Below are positions 1 to 14,333 of a stretch of DNA of 64,000 bases, in pieces. The stretch comes from Rozella allomycis CSF55 (Eukaryota), in the NCBI GenBank assembly GCA_000442015.1, contig KE561154.1, positions 62,001-126,000 on the forward strand. Direction: 5' to 3'. Numbering within the stretch: the stretch's first letter is position 1; the number at the start of each line of letters is the position of its first letter. Position numbers and translations under genes: made by a program. Under the pieces are notes generated by a model. It saw nothing but the letters and a program-made list of their open reading frames with translations, was not told the origin of the DNA and ran no database searches.

Positions 1-3000
1 TTTGAGGGATTCATATTCACTACGAATCGCATCACATTCAATAAGAATTGTTTCATTCTCGTTGCGTAGAGATTGGTTTTCATCTTTAAGAGATGTAACT
101 TCAACATTGAGATATTCATTTGAATTGTGTAGCGCTTCATTCTCATCTTTAAGAGAGTCATTTTCACGTTTAAGATATTCATTCTCACTTTTAAGGGATT
201 CATTTTTAACTTTGAGATTTTCATTCTCATCTCTAAGAGAATCATAATCATCTTTAAGGGATTCATAGTCACTGTCAAGTTGATCATATTTAGATTTATA
301 TTCTTCAATTGTATTTTCATAAACATTTTTTTCTTTATCAAATTTCTCTTTAATATTTTCATTATTTTCTAATTCAGATTGTAGATGATTATTTTCAGTC
401 TTCAAAAGATTAATTAAACCTTCAAATTCATCAATTTTAATTTTTAAATCTTCAACGTAGAAAGAATTTAAAGAAGCTTCTTGAATTTTCTCATTAATTT
501 TTTCAATTTGGAAATTTAGAGAATCTAAATCACAATCTGGGTTTATTTCTTTTAATAGATTTGAAAGTGAATCTAGAATTAATTCATCTTTAATAAATTT
601 ATTTATTTTATTTTTTATTTCTTCTTGATTCTCTTCCTTTTCTTTTAATTCATTCTTCAAATTCAATTCATTTTCTTTTAGTAAATCTATTTCATCTTTT
701 AATGAATTTATTTCAACTTTAAAGAATTCTATTTCATCTTGCAATCCTTTTAATTCATTCAATTCAATCATTGTTTTATCAAACCTATCAGCCAATTCAA
801 TCAATTCTGCTTTGTTAGTGTTTAATTCTGAATCTTTAGCATTCAACTCTACATCTTTATCTTTCAACTCACTTTCTTTAGCGTTTAACTCACTTTCTTT
901 AACATGTAGTTTCGATTCTAATTCATTAATAATTTCTTCTTTAATCTTTAATGATTCATTTAAAGCTTCATTAGCTCTTTCATGTTTAACTAACTCTTTA
1001 CTTAAATTATCAATACTCGTTTCTTTAATTTGAATTTTAGCTTTAATTTCAACCAATTCTTCATTCAAAATAAAAATTTGTTTTTCATTCTCATTAATTT
1101 CTTCTCGCAAACTTTTTCTCAAATTCTTTATTTCTTCTTTCAATTCCAAATTTTCTGCATTCATCTCATCAATAACTTGATCCTTGTATTTTATTGTTTC
1201 AAGATTAGAGATATCTTCTTTCAACTTGTCATTCATTTCTTCAATTGTTGAAACTTCATTTAGAAGAGAAGAAACTTTTTCTTTCAAAGTTGAAACTTCA
1301 ATTCTTAATTTATTGTTAGATTCTTCTTTATCTCTTAACTTACTCGCAAGGTCTTCATTGGTCAACTTAGTTGATTCTATTTCTTTTATTAATTCTTCAC
1401 TTTTAACTTTTTCATTATTTAATTCATTCTTCAATTCTGAAATCATTTCATTCTTTCTATTCAATTCTTCTTCATTCATTTTATCAGATTTAATCAACTC
1501 TGTAACCCTTTCTCTCTCCTTTTCAATTAATTCATTCAACTCTTTATTCTTTGCTATTTCAACGTTAATTGCTTCATTCAATTCAGCAATAGTAGCTTCA
1601 TGTAACTTCATAGCTTCTTCATTCTCCTCTCTCTCTACTCTAATCATTTCGTTCAATCTATTATTTTCTAAATTGATTTGGTTCAACTGTTGGAGAAATT
1701 CTTCAGCTCTTAATTTCTCTTTTTCAAGACATTCATCAAGCTCCACAATCTTCATTTGTTGTTCTTTATAACTCCCTTCCATGTTTGATTGATCAGATTT
1801 GATTAATTCACTCAATTCTTTATTCTTTCTCTGTTCTTCTTTAATCCTTTCATTCAATTGTTCATTCTTCAATCTCCCTTCTTCCACAAGCTGTTCAATG
1901 TTTATCTTTTCAGTTCTAACCTTTTCAATCAATTCTTCATTCTTTAATTTCATTTCTTCTAATAAATTTTCATTCTTTAATCTCTCCTCTTCCACTATCT
2001 GTCTCTGTTCTTTTACAATTTGTTCAATCTTGCTTTGTTCTTCCTGCAGCAATCCATTCAACTGTTCATTCTTCACTTTCTCTTCTTCCATTAGCCTTTC
2101 AATGCTTATCTTTTCAGTTTTAATCTTTTTAATCAATTCTTCACTCCCTATTTTCTCAGATTTCATCTTTTCCTCCAACTCTGCATTTCTCAACCTTTCG
2201 TCTTCAACTTTTGCCTTTTCTTGCTCAATCATATTCTGTAATTCTTCTACTTTGGTCTTCAATTCATCAACTTTTGCATTCTCAAGTTTAATCATTTTAT
2301 CGAATTCTTCAATCTTCTTCTTCTCTTCTGATCTTTCTTTATTGTTTTTCATATATTTCTCAACCAGATCTTTAATCTGATCATTCAACTCTTCAATGCC
2401 TTTCTCCTTTTTCTTCAATTCACTCTTTAGCTCTTCATTTTCTTTCTTCATCATGTTGTAATCTTCTTCAACCAAAGACAATCTTTTAGCTTCAATTTTT
2501 AATTCTCCAATTTCATCCTCTTTAGTTGATTCTCTAGTTTCACTCTCTTTTTTCAATTCACTAGTTGCATCTTGTTTGTTAAATTCACTATTATCATCCT
2601 CATTGGTTGGTGATTTTTCAGGGGAGCCATTCCTCGAAAGGTATATTTCTTCAAATGGATCAACCTTGGTCGGTGATACTATCCTCTCTTCATTCTTTTC
2701 AATATTAATAGTAGCCACATCCATCTATACATACCACAGCATTATCATACCACATCATTTGCAGACACAGTTTTCACCGGCGACACACTTCTAACCGGCG
2801 ACGAAGCCATACTCTTCACAGGCGATCCACTCCCTACACTCTCACCTCTATCACTCTTCTCTCCACCTCTATCACTCTTCTCTCCACCCACCAAACGCCC
2901 TACCTCCACACTCTCCCCTCCCTTGCCATTCAAAACACTCTTCCTCTCGCCCCTCTCCTCCTCCTTTTCGCTCGATATCCGTCTAGCTATGCCAAGCGGA

Positions 3001-3168
3001 AGCCCCATATTCTTCAGCAACTGCGAATCAGACGCATAGCTCTTCACTATATCACTCCCACTAATCCAGCTTACATGTTGCATGCACATCCACCAACTTG
3101 TCTGGGAGCGTCTCGGTCACTTTCTTGCGCTTGTACTTTTCTAAACGTGCCCGTCCGGCGGCCTCCAT
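1..3168 (-). CDS. Long coiled-coil protein, 3' end runs out of the window; N-terminus resembles the pericentrin/AKAP9/golgin-type basic motif
   Basis: ATG at 3168 gives MEAAGRARLEKYKRKK. After 28-nt and 26-nt GT-AG introns, an E/K-rich heptad frame appears open to base 1. It is absent from the ORF track, apparently because no stop lies in the window; the plus-strand S/F/L-rich ORFs are its antisense shadow. Confidence 0.75.
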
Positions 3169-3527
3169 CAGGTTACGAAATTTGGAGATTGGTGATGAGG
3201 TTTTTAATTGGGATTTAAAAATTATTTAAAGATGGATTATGAGTAAAAAATGGATAGTTGTAAATTTTAATTTAATAAATTTAAGTGTGTCACTTTATCA
3301 TTATATTTTTTGGTGGGAATGTTTGATCTCATGAAATATTAATACAAATATTTTAACTCTACATTAATTAATTAAATATTTAAATATTTCAACTCCTCTA
3401 TTGTCATATCGCGCCTAAACTCTGATTTCACGAATTTCTGAAACTATTTCTTATTTTCCAGATTTTTTTTCAACCCCTGCAAACTTTTAAGAATCGTACC
3501 AACACAGTATGTTTATAATTCTAGAAA

Positions 3528-3949
3528 ATGGTCCGCATCTCTGTGTTGAACGACACCCTTAAAAGCATCAACAACGCTGAACGCCGTGGAAAGCGCCAAG
3601 TCCTCGTCCGTCCATCCTCCAAGGTCGTTGTCAAATTCTTGTCTGTCATGCAAAAGCACGGTAAATACATCTTTTATGTTTTATAATAGGATATATTGAC
3701 GAATTCGAAATCGTCGACGACCACCGTTCAGGAAAGATTGTCATCCAACTCAACGGACGCTTGAACAAGTGCGGTGTTATTTCTCCTCGCTTTCCTATCA
3801 AGGTTACCGAAGTCGAAAAGTGGGTCAACAAACTCCTTCCATCTCGTCAGTTCGGTTTCATGGTCTTTACTACCTCCCTTGGAATCATGGATCATGAAGA
3901 AGCTCGTCGTCGCCATACCGGAGGTCGCATTCTCGGATACTTTTATTAA
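3528..3949 (+). CDS. RPS15A: 40S ribosomal protein uS8 (S15a/S22)
   Basis: [38 protein letters not shown]...[11 protein letters not shown]; intron 3661-3689; probable 5'-UTR intron 3496-3524. Confidence 0.97.
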
Positions 3950-3978
3950 ATAAAACATTTTATTGATCATGCAATTAA

Positions 3979-6689
3979 TTATTTATTGGTTAAGGAGTTT
4001 TTCAGCTCTTCTAAAAGGCAAAGTGCCTTGACTCCGTTGAGTGTGTTTAAATCTATCTTTTTTATTCGCTCTATTGTTTCATTAGAAAGTTCATTAACAG
4101 TTTTTGAGTCACAAGGATGGGATGTGACTGATTTGTTAAGATATTCTCGTGCAAGCGATGTTACAGACTTTGGTAAACCAGCGAGTTCAGCAATATCAAT
4201 GCCATGAGAATGATCAGCAACACCGGGTGAAAGTTTATGAATGAACATTAATGAGCCATTTTCATCTCGCGCTGCTTCAGTTTTCAAAAAGTTTACAGTT
4301 GTATCATGTTTCAATTCATCCGCCAACTCATGATAATGTGTGGCGAATAACGTCATTGATTCATTTCTATGAGCTAAATGCTGACAAACAGCATATGCTA
4401 TTGCCAACCCTTCTCGCGCGGATGTGCCCCGGCCCACTTCGTCTAGAAGGACCTTTCATATTTGATATAAAATATTACCAGAGACTTTGAAGTTGCACGT
4501 TTCAAAATTTCTTCAGTTTCTTTCATTTCTACCATAAATGTTGATTCATTTTTAGTCAGATCGTCGTTCGCTCCAATCTATGGTTCAAAATCGCAATTAC
4601 TTTTACTCTTGTAAAAACGGCATCTCTAAGTCCTATTTTGGCTTGTTTTGCTGGTATGTAGCATCCTGTTTGTGCAAGAATAACGATTAACGCAACCTGC
4701 CGTAAAAATGTGCTCTTACCGCCCATGTTAGGACTTTTACAACGTGAAATAAGATTTACCCGGTAATTAAGGAAAATCTCTTCTTTGAATCAAGTAAACA
4801 GTCGTTTGGTACAAATGTTCTTTGCGAATTCAATTGAATGGATTCCACCATTAAATGTCGCCCGACACTTATATCTATTTCATTCCTTTTAAACAATTTA
4901 AATTTTATTACTTTTTAGTTAAGATAGGTTTTGATAAATTCCTTTCAATGGCTACGATAGCATTGCTTAGGGCAACATCCAGTTCCGATAACGCTGTCGC
5001 TGCTACATCAATTTGAGGAACTTTTTTCCTTAAAATTTCTTGTATATCTTCAAATATTTGAACTTCTAATTCAACCATTTGACTGAATAAGATATCAATG
5101 TCTTGTTTTTGCTTGTCCAAAGCCTTTTCAGAATGAAATAAAGGAGTTACTTTCAACGAATATTGAAATTCACCATTAGTTAGCCTAGCTTCCATTAAAA
5201 AGTGGGGATGTCTAATTTCCTTCTTGGATGCAACAATCCATTTCCTTGACTTCCTTCTAACACAAAGTTGTGATACATCAATTTTCAACTCTTTTACGTA
5301 CTTTTCTAGAAAATCTTTGCTATCTTCATCACTATTATTGTCCAGCTTAATCCTTATCGCGTCGATCTTACGACAATAGCCATCCTTTACAAAATACCCA
5401 TCAGAAACACAAGATTTATATTGCTTGTCATTTAAGCTTTTTTCAAGAATATTTAATAATTCATTGTCATAATTTATTTGTTTAAACAACGTTTCTAGCT
5501 TCTCAGGGACTTTAGATAAAGATATAAATTTCTCCTTTAGTTCTTTAATGACTTTTAAAGAGTTTAAGATTCTGATGAATTTTTGTGGTATTCCGGTCTT
5601 TGAAGGTCTTGATGCAAGAATGTCCCTTGAAATTCTCTCAATGTCATTAATATTTTTCAAATCAATTCTTAAAAGATCAGTTATATGAGGATTGTTTACA
5701 AAATAATCAACAAGTTTAAGCCTATCATTGATGACCTTCATATCTGTTGAAGGCGAATTGAGCCGACTGAACAACAATCGTTTACCCCCTGCTGTGCATG
5801 TTCTGTCTATTATTTTAAACAGTGAGTTTTTCTTGCTATTCAAAGATTCCATTAAGTTTAAACTTTTCACAGTTTGCGGAGTAAGGTGCATTTTATCAAG
5901 CTTGGAATATCTTTTGGGTTCTTGAAAAGAAACTATGGCATCAGACTGCACTTTTTCCAGATAAGAATAAAAATACGACACTGCATTACTTTCTGCGTTT
6001 TTGTTATAGTTTTTTATGTGGGGATCAAGTTCATGCAGGTGGATGTATGCGTTACCATCTACATCCATTTTACCTATAACGCCCAAAACTATTCTCTTAA
6101 TCTCCTCATTCTGGCAAATTATTTCTTTTGGCTTAATTTCATTAAGCAATTGAAACAATCCTTCATCATCACTTAACTTGCAAATATCCGTATACATAGT
6201 TCCAGTACTAACGTCTCCCCAACACAAACCAATAGAATCATTGCATTCCTCATCCAAAACAATCGACATTAAATAAGAAGGCCTCCCTTCGTCCAACAAA
6301 TCTTCGTCAAAAATTGTACCCGGAGTAAACACCTTTGTCAATTTTCTTTCAAACTTTGTCGAATTCGAAATCTTAAACTGGTCATAAACAGCAATATTGT
6401 AATTCTTTTCCACCAATATCTTTATGTACTTCATTAAACTAGTGACAGGAAATCCCGTAACTTTTCGTTCGTTGACAGGCGGCGCAATATTTATCAGTTC
6501 AGAAAGGAGATGCCCATTCTCGCCATAGCATTCGTAAAAGTCGCCAACCTGCACAAGAACAATATAGCCTGGATGCAACTTTAGCTTTTCGAAAAAGAAT
6601 CTGTGCATGCCGGTTGCATCTTTTGATATATGTCTTGCCATGAAAGTGTACGTTTTGGCATTGAAAAGTGACAAACCATGAAAAAACAT
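3979..6689 (-). CDS. MSH1: MutS-family mismatch repair protein, mitochondrial MSH1-like
   Basis: MutS I motif QVGDFYECY; spliced Walker [33 protein letters not shown] and FATHYHEL; at least 4 introns of 26-29 nt. Start taken at MFFHG (presequence-like); the upstream ATG at 6728 overlaps the neighbour's AATAAA. Confidence 0.85.
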
Positions 6690-6728
6690 AGGTGGCTTGT
6701 GGAAAGATTGAAATTTATTTATTGACAT

Positions 6729-7222
6729 TCATGGTAGACTTTCGAGAGCTCCTGAATACCATCTGGAAACGTTTCGTTTTCCCTTGGCGTATGGAGCGAA
6801 TTTGTCAATCTTGTCGGAATGCCATGCCCATCCGTATTGCTGCGAAGTGGTGCAGGGAACAGAATATTTATCTTTTAATTTGACAGATGATTGAATGGCA
6901 TCGAGATTAAAGGAAGCCAGGTAGTCTTGGGCTGTTTCGGTTTTCAAGTATTCTGATTTTACTGGGAATGGTGTATTGGTAGCATTCAAGTTTGATGTCT
7001 TTTTCTGTTCACTTGATTTCTGTGCTATGTGATGTTTTGCTTTATTATACTTGTGAATTTTCTTGTTCTTTCATGAAGCCCCAATTCTTTTCCCATGTTT
7101 CAGATGTGTTTTGTTCGAATCGAATGACTTGTCTCCTTTATTTAATAAAATTAACTGGGATACCAAATTGCGTCATCGTGTACTGCGTTTCGAATTCTTT
7201 CTTTTTTGTCAGCGTTTGCCAT
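6729..7222 (-). CDS. Small ciliary microtubule inner protein-like (LLC1/C20orf85/C2orf50 family)
   Basis: Spliced product MANADKKERIRNAVHDDAIWRQVIRFEQNTSETWEKNWGFMK...KYSVPCTTSQQYGW. The DxIWR...WxxNWGF and PxTxxQxYGW motifs are typical of these MIP families. Introns of 28 and 31 nt. Confidence 0.65.
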
Positions 7223-7482
7223 GGATACTCATGATACTGTTACGGCTAAAATTAAATGTAACCATTAAGGTTTAGTATAATGCACGTCATTAAATATTTC
7301 ATTTTCATTTTTTATATAAATACCTGTAATTGTAATTGATACTTTAATCATGAAAGGTTTGGAAATAGGCCGCATGATAAACCCTTGTCAATGACATTCA
7401 GTTTTTCAAATTTGGCATCTAGTAAAATAGCATATTGCTTTTTAACTTTATAGAATTATATTGGGGCTGGAAAAAGAAAACG

Positions 7483-10167
7483 ATGCAAGATGCAGAAATT
7501 CAGGAGCTTTGCTGTACATTAGAGGAGGGCATATGGGAAGAGATTGTAGATGTTTCCAATGAATCACTTGGAATACTATTTTGGAATGATTCAGTAAAGG
7601 AATCCAAGCAGGACAAGGACAACCCAATTTATGGATTCTGTATGTATTTCTAAAATTGTATATAGTTATGGAATTGGCATGTTTCATACTACAAGATAGT
7701 CAGAATATATCGATTTATACATTACTTGGGAAGACGATAGAGTATTATGCAAATATTGCGATGAAGGAAAAGACATTGTATTTGATAAATAAAGGAATTG
7801 AAGTAAGAAGAGAATAAAGATGAAATAGAAAATAAATGAAAGTAGTGTAAAGATGAATGAAATAATTAATTTTACTAAATCTGTGATTTGGAGTGTAAAT
7901 TGAAAGACCTTTTTGATTAAAGTTGATGGTTGTTGATGAGATGGAAATTTTGAAGGATTTTTATATCCAAATGACGATCTTGATTAATGTATGTAAAACT
8001 AGCCAAGAAATTAGACCAATTGATATGAAGAGCGTAAGTTTATGAATCGGGTAGTCAAAGGCTATACAAATGCAGTTGAAATTTGTGGAAGCTATTAGAG
8101 AGGATAAAGCTGATGATAATTTTATAAAAATATTTCTAGAGTTTCTAAAAGATATTGATGAAACCCCTGTAAAGATAGATTGTATTTTAAAAAAGATTAT
8201 TGAAGTAATGGAAGCAATAAATGAGAAAGAAATGATTGATTTTTCTATTTTATTACCCTTTTATAGAAATATGATTAAACAGTCAAACGATGATTCAAAA
8301 ACCTATCGAATATTCTATTGGATTTTGTTAAATGGACCAGAAGATAGTTTAAGTTTGTTTCCCAACATTAATTTTGAATACTTAAAGCCCCAGTAGTTCT
8401 ATTTAGTTTTTATAATAGTTTAAAGACAGCTGTGTTGAAATTGGTTGACATGAAAGCGTTTGAAAAGGCTGGAAAGATTTGTGAACAATCAAAACAATTA
8501 TACTTTTATAATAATGATTTCGAATTTAAAGAAATGATTGATTGTCTTTATGTTTATTCTACTTTTGAATCATTAAAACAAAATTCTCATTCTTTACTTC
8601 AATGGGCTAAAGCCAACAAGGAAATGTTACAAAAGGTTTCATTTATACCAATTTCACATATAAATCAATTAATGAAAGATGAAAAATATCAAACAGCGAT
8701 AAAATGGTTAAATTTAATAAAGAATGACAAAGATGAATTTACTTTAAAGTATTTAACATTAATACATATCAATTAGAAATCTTTTATACTGTTATTGGAA
8801 AATAGAGAATTATGAAGCATTGAATGATATTCTAAATGAATGTGATTCTGATGACCCCTTAATAATAAAATATAAACTATTCATTCAAATTTCTAATAAT
8901 GATTCACAAAAGGGTAATATAAATGTTTGATTACATAAAAAAGTTATGGAGCTTATTGGATCAACATCTGACCCTGATACCTTGTTGGCTTGTGTAAATG
9001 AATGTTTTAAAGTATTAAACTACATTTTAAATTATAAAGAATGATAAACAAATTTTAATGTTAACTTTATTAAAAAGAATAGTTGATGTTTATGAAGAAT
9101 CTCACGGGCAAACGTTTGGACCAAAAATTATGATTCAAGTTTATCGTTCATTGATTGTTTTAGCTGAGAAATTACTTCCAGAGTAATCAAATTCAAATCT
9201 CTTTCAAAGACATGCATTGCAATTAAACATATCTTATTTAAAGAAATGTATCTTTAAAATTTTAAATTCATTTAGCTTCATCAATAATTTTAGCTGCGAA
9301 ATTGATTTCTGATTCTTTGAATCTAAGAGAGTTGAAGGAAATTGAATGGATTCTCTCCAAATCTCACAACTTTGCAATATCACTTGAAAATGAAAATATT
9401 AACGAATCCCTTGAATTAAGTAGAATTTGCTTGTCAGTAAATCTAATTAATATAAAATAATCAAAGATGGGGCAATTACTAAAACTCAAAATCCCTGATC
9501 TTTATTATAAATCTTGCTATTTATTCATCACCACTTGTCTAAAATCAACTTGCTTGGAAAGGGTAAACTTGACGATAGATTTTAATTAGCCATATATTGA
9601 AGAATTGGTTGATGAATTGCTAGACAATACGTTCGATGACACTCGAGCAAACCTTTTCATTATCAAATGCCAATGTCTAGTCTGGAAAAGAACCTTTACA
9701 GACTGTTTAGAATTATTAAATGAAATGATTTCATCAGAAAATTTAGACATTAACATTCATCACATTCAAAGCTTTGCCCATTTAACTTTAACAAATTCTA
9801 ATTGCCCTTCTGATAGTAAATTATTAAATGAATTATATCAAGTTAAATTCCAAATACTAGAAGGCCTCATGACTTTATATGTTAAGTTACCAGATCAAAC
9901 CTTCAGTGATATTGATGCCTTTTTCAAAACTCTGCTGGATATTGGTCAAAATGTTAACATTGATGTTTGCTATTCTTATTGCAAACAATACATCTCTATT
10001 ATCAAAGTAATAAATTCATTAGAAATTAAAAGTCTCAAATTAACATTGAAGAATTGGCTGCAGAAAGTTTAAATTGGGTTCATTCATATTGCAAAAGTAT
10101 ACACACATTCTATACAAAACTACATCACAAAGAGAACGCTCAAAAATGGATAGACTTGATAAATTAA
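7483..10167 (+). CDS. SPO22: Multi-exon TPR-like helical protein, probable meiotic SPO22/ZIP4/TEX11
   Basis: Many ~26-30 nt introns. Segments GILFWNDSVK, KYQTAIKWL, EIEWILSKSHNFAISL and the C-terminal ESLNWVHSY...ENAQKW follow the order of SPO22/TEX11 motifs as I recall them. Confidence 0.6.
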
Positions 10168-10196
10168 TAAATTACAGTATTATTTATTAAAGTGTA

Positions 10197-10772
10197 TTAT
10201 TTGATCAAAGCTGGACATGCTATTTCTTGACTTTGAGTTATCCCCTGCAACGGTATCACAAATCCAACTAATTTTAACTTCAATGCAAACACAAAGTCCA
10301 GCGTTATCTTACCAGACCCATTACCGCCACAATTCTTCAAAATGTCTTTAACAACAACATTATCAGCGTTCGAAGCTGCATACTCAATATTAACACCAAC
10401 ATTAGCATCGGTCTTGGACTTTTCAGCAATGTACACTTCATTAAATGAACGCAATGTTCCTATCTCCGGTTTAGTCCCATCAGAGCCCTTGAAATTGATC
10501 GGAGATTCGATGCTCTGCACGTAAAAACTAAATACGTTTGGGTTATCAACATTATATGATAATTCAAAGGCACCCTTCAAGGTGTACGGTATGGATGAAG
10601 TCAGGTAGAATGAATTGGCATTGGCATTAGTGCCAGTAATACTCACGGTAGGTACTTTCACTATAATCGCTAACACTATTACTGCTATGATTATCAGCAC
10701 AATTATAAACAATAACAAATAACAGATCGCGCGGCAAATTGGTGATCTCTTTGGCTTCTTTTCAACTTCCAT
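10197..10772 (-). CDS. Single-pass membrane protein with LEA_2-like beta domain
   Basis: Basic/Cys segment, long hydrophobic helix, then YNVDNPNVFSF (NPN motif of LEA_2); intronless. Confidence 0.7.
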   Translation of the reverse strand: MEVEKKPKRSPICRAICYLLLFIIVLIIIAVIVLAIIVKVPTVSITGTNANANSFYLTSSIPYTLKGAFELSYNVDNPNVFSFYVQSIESPINFKGSDGTKPEIGTLRSFNEVYIAEKSKTDANVGVNIEYAASNADNVVVKDILKNCGGNGSGKITLDFVFALKLKLVGFVIPLQGITQSQEIACPALIK

Positions 10773-11290
10773 TTTGTTTGAAGGGGTAAAGGGAGGTAAT
10801 TATATATTCAAATTTACAAATAGGTACTCAAAGCTAATTAAATATCTGTCGGCTAAATTAAGAAATGAAAACTTAATTTACATTAAGTTTAGAATTGTTA
10901 CTATTTTTATAAAACTTTTTGTATGTAGTTTTAATCACTAATCGGTATCCTACCAGAACAATTTTGCGGTATGACTGAATCTATCTGCAGCTGTTACATC
11001 AAAAGCAAGAATATAGTGCTCGCCACATGGTCAGGCAAAAGAAGTGGTGAATGACTAATGAGTTGATATTATAAATAACAAGAATAGTAGAAAAATATCG
11101 CAAATGCGAGCTCAAGTAACCCTCAATATTACCAAACTACGCATTTTGACCAAATTATATATAACAAGCTTATTTTTAATCTTATACACATTTATTAATC
11201 TATTTTATTCACTTCAAGAAAGTTTAAACTAAGAATTACAAGTCGTATAGAAATTGACCTCGCTCAGCCACGGAAACCCTTGTTGAAAAA

Positions 11291-11750
11291 ATGGTACAAA
11301 GATTTTACACTAGTTATTAAAGGACTCTACCAGCGTTACCTTGCGCACCAAAAAATTTATGACAAACCGTCTTTTACAAAGAAAACAAATGGTACAAATA
11401 TTTCCATCCCATCAAAAAAGGTTGTTGATGTCCTTCACCCAGGCAAAGCTAATGTATCCAAAGACGATATTAGAAACAAACTCGCAACCATTTACAAAGT
11501 TAACAAGGATGTTGTCTCTGTTTTCGGTTTCCGTACTGCTTTTGGTGGAAGCAAATCCACTGGTTTCGCACTCATCTATGATTCAGTTGAAGCTGCAAAG
11601 AAATTCGAACCAAAACACCGTTTGATTTCTGCTGGACTTGCTTCCGCTCCAACTGATAAGGGTGGACGTAAGCAACGCAAGGAAAAGAAGAACCGTTTGA
11701 AGAAATTTCGCGGTACAAGAAAGGAAAAGAGAGAAAGAAAGAAACAATAA
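11291..11750 (+). CDS. RPS24: 40S ribosomal protein eS24
   Basis: ATG | intron 11294-11322 | [23 protein letters not shown] | intron 11392-11420 | [14 protein letters not shown]...[15 protein letters not shown]. Confidence 0.97.
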
Positions 11751-12075
11751 ATAAATACGTTCATTTCATATATACTTTTCAAACGGATTTTGTAATTAGA
11801 CTATTTATTTCTGGACCCTTACAAGCTTATTTGATATAATCACAAAAGGGCACTTAAATCATGTTATTATTATTCATCGAGTTTTGCTCAAAAGTCAAAA
11901 TGATCATAATCCAAACTTGTAACTCCGATCATTGAAGTGTCTCTTTGCATAAAGCAACATTTTCAACCACCAAAATACATAATTTATCGCGTTCATGGTC
12001 TACTCTTTTCATCAAAAATATGATTTGTATCACGGAAAATGTTAAAAAGGGTTTTTGAATTTCGGAAACTTGTGA

Positions 12076-13001
<926 letters not shown>

Positions 13002-13143
13002 GACAAATATTAAAATAATAAAAGTTTTATTGGTTTTTCATTTTGTTTTATTCGTTGATTTTGAACCACTCCACTTTAAAATTTCTATTTTTTGAAAAAC
13101 AATAACACCCGGTAGCTACGGCGATCGACACAACCTACTCTCG

Positions 13144-14300
13144 ATGATTGCAGATTCAACACCAAATCAAGTTCAGGAAGTTAATTCATTGAAAGAATCA
13201 TATTCGCCATTAGCATCATCCTTGAATCAACCTGCAACAGCGTTTTTCAAAAGCAAACCTCAGAAACCCCTTCGTCCAAGGAATGAAAATCTAAGGTAAA
13301 TTGATAGTACAAACATTTATAGACCGGTCAATATTAGTCACGATCCAAGAGTTTACCGGGGAAACACGTATGCCACAACTGTTACATCTCAAGTAAAAAT
13401 AATGACATGGATTTATCCAGCAAGAATTTCCAGACCCGGTTGAACTTCATAGAAGACAGGAAATGAAAAGAAGGGCTATGGCGCGTAATAGGGCAGAACA
13501 ACAAAAACGAATTCGGACACCTGATCCGGTTCCAGGAAGAAAACGTACAAATAATTAAAACTATTTTTAGACTCTGATATTCAAACGGAATTATACTTGG
13601 AAGAATTGGCCGATAAGGTCCCTGAAGCAGAAGTTTTTACTCAAACCGATGACTTTCTTGACAGAGTGCCTTCTCCGTTTTTTGTGCCACAAAAAAGCGG
13701 GATAGACCAGGCCACTCAAATTGAAAGCGGGGAACTTTTCGATTTTGATCTTGAAGTTGAACCTATTTTGGAAGTGATTGTTGCTAAAACCCTCGAACAA
13801 GCGCAGATGGAATTAATGGAAGAAAAGGAATTAACGCTACTTAAAAAGCATCAAGTAATATTATAATATAAAACGGGATCGTAAGGAGGAGTATGAACGC
13901 AAAAGAAATATTGAGATCGCCGAAACTCAAAGAATGGAGGCAGCGGAAGCAAGGAGAAGTGAAGAAAAGGTATTCTGCATTCAAAATTCTTTCTTAGGCA
14001 AGAAGACTGATTGAAGAACAAAGAACATTTCAGAAAATGCAACAAGCAGCTGAAAAGATAGCTGCTCGTGCATTTTCAAAGTCCTATTTGCACAAATTAA
14101 TGCCGACTGTATTCACATCACTACAAAATCACGGTTTTATATACGATCCTATAGAGCAGCAAGTGAAGAACCAATTTTTGCCTTGGTTGACAGAAAATGT
14201 TAAAGAGGAAATAGATAGAGAAAGATTATCAAGGATGCTTATTGACGATATCATTCGTCAATCCGTCGTAGAGAACCTTAATAAGCAAAATAAAAGATGA
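13144..14300 (+). CDS. RSPH3: Radial spoke protein 3
   Basis: HDPRVYRGNTYA, TPDPVPGRKH, DIQTELYLEEL, ELFDFDLEVEPILEVIVAKTLEQA; five introns of 26-31 nt. Confidence 0.93.
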
Positions 14301-14333
14301 ATTCACTGAATCGCATTATAATTTTCTTTTACT

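Noticed and set aside
2-2794. Plus-strand S/F/L-rich ORFs
   Set aside because: Antisense shadows of the minus-strand E/K-rich coiled-coil gene
6690-6728. MSH1 ORF start abutting the upstream stop as operon-like coupling
   Set aside because: The segment contains the upstream gene's AATAAA; the later ATG at 6689 is the more plausible start
11985-11993. MCB/E2F-like ACGCG site upstream of thymidylate synthase
   Set aside because: Single imperfect short match, expected by chance
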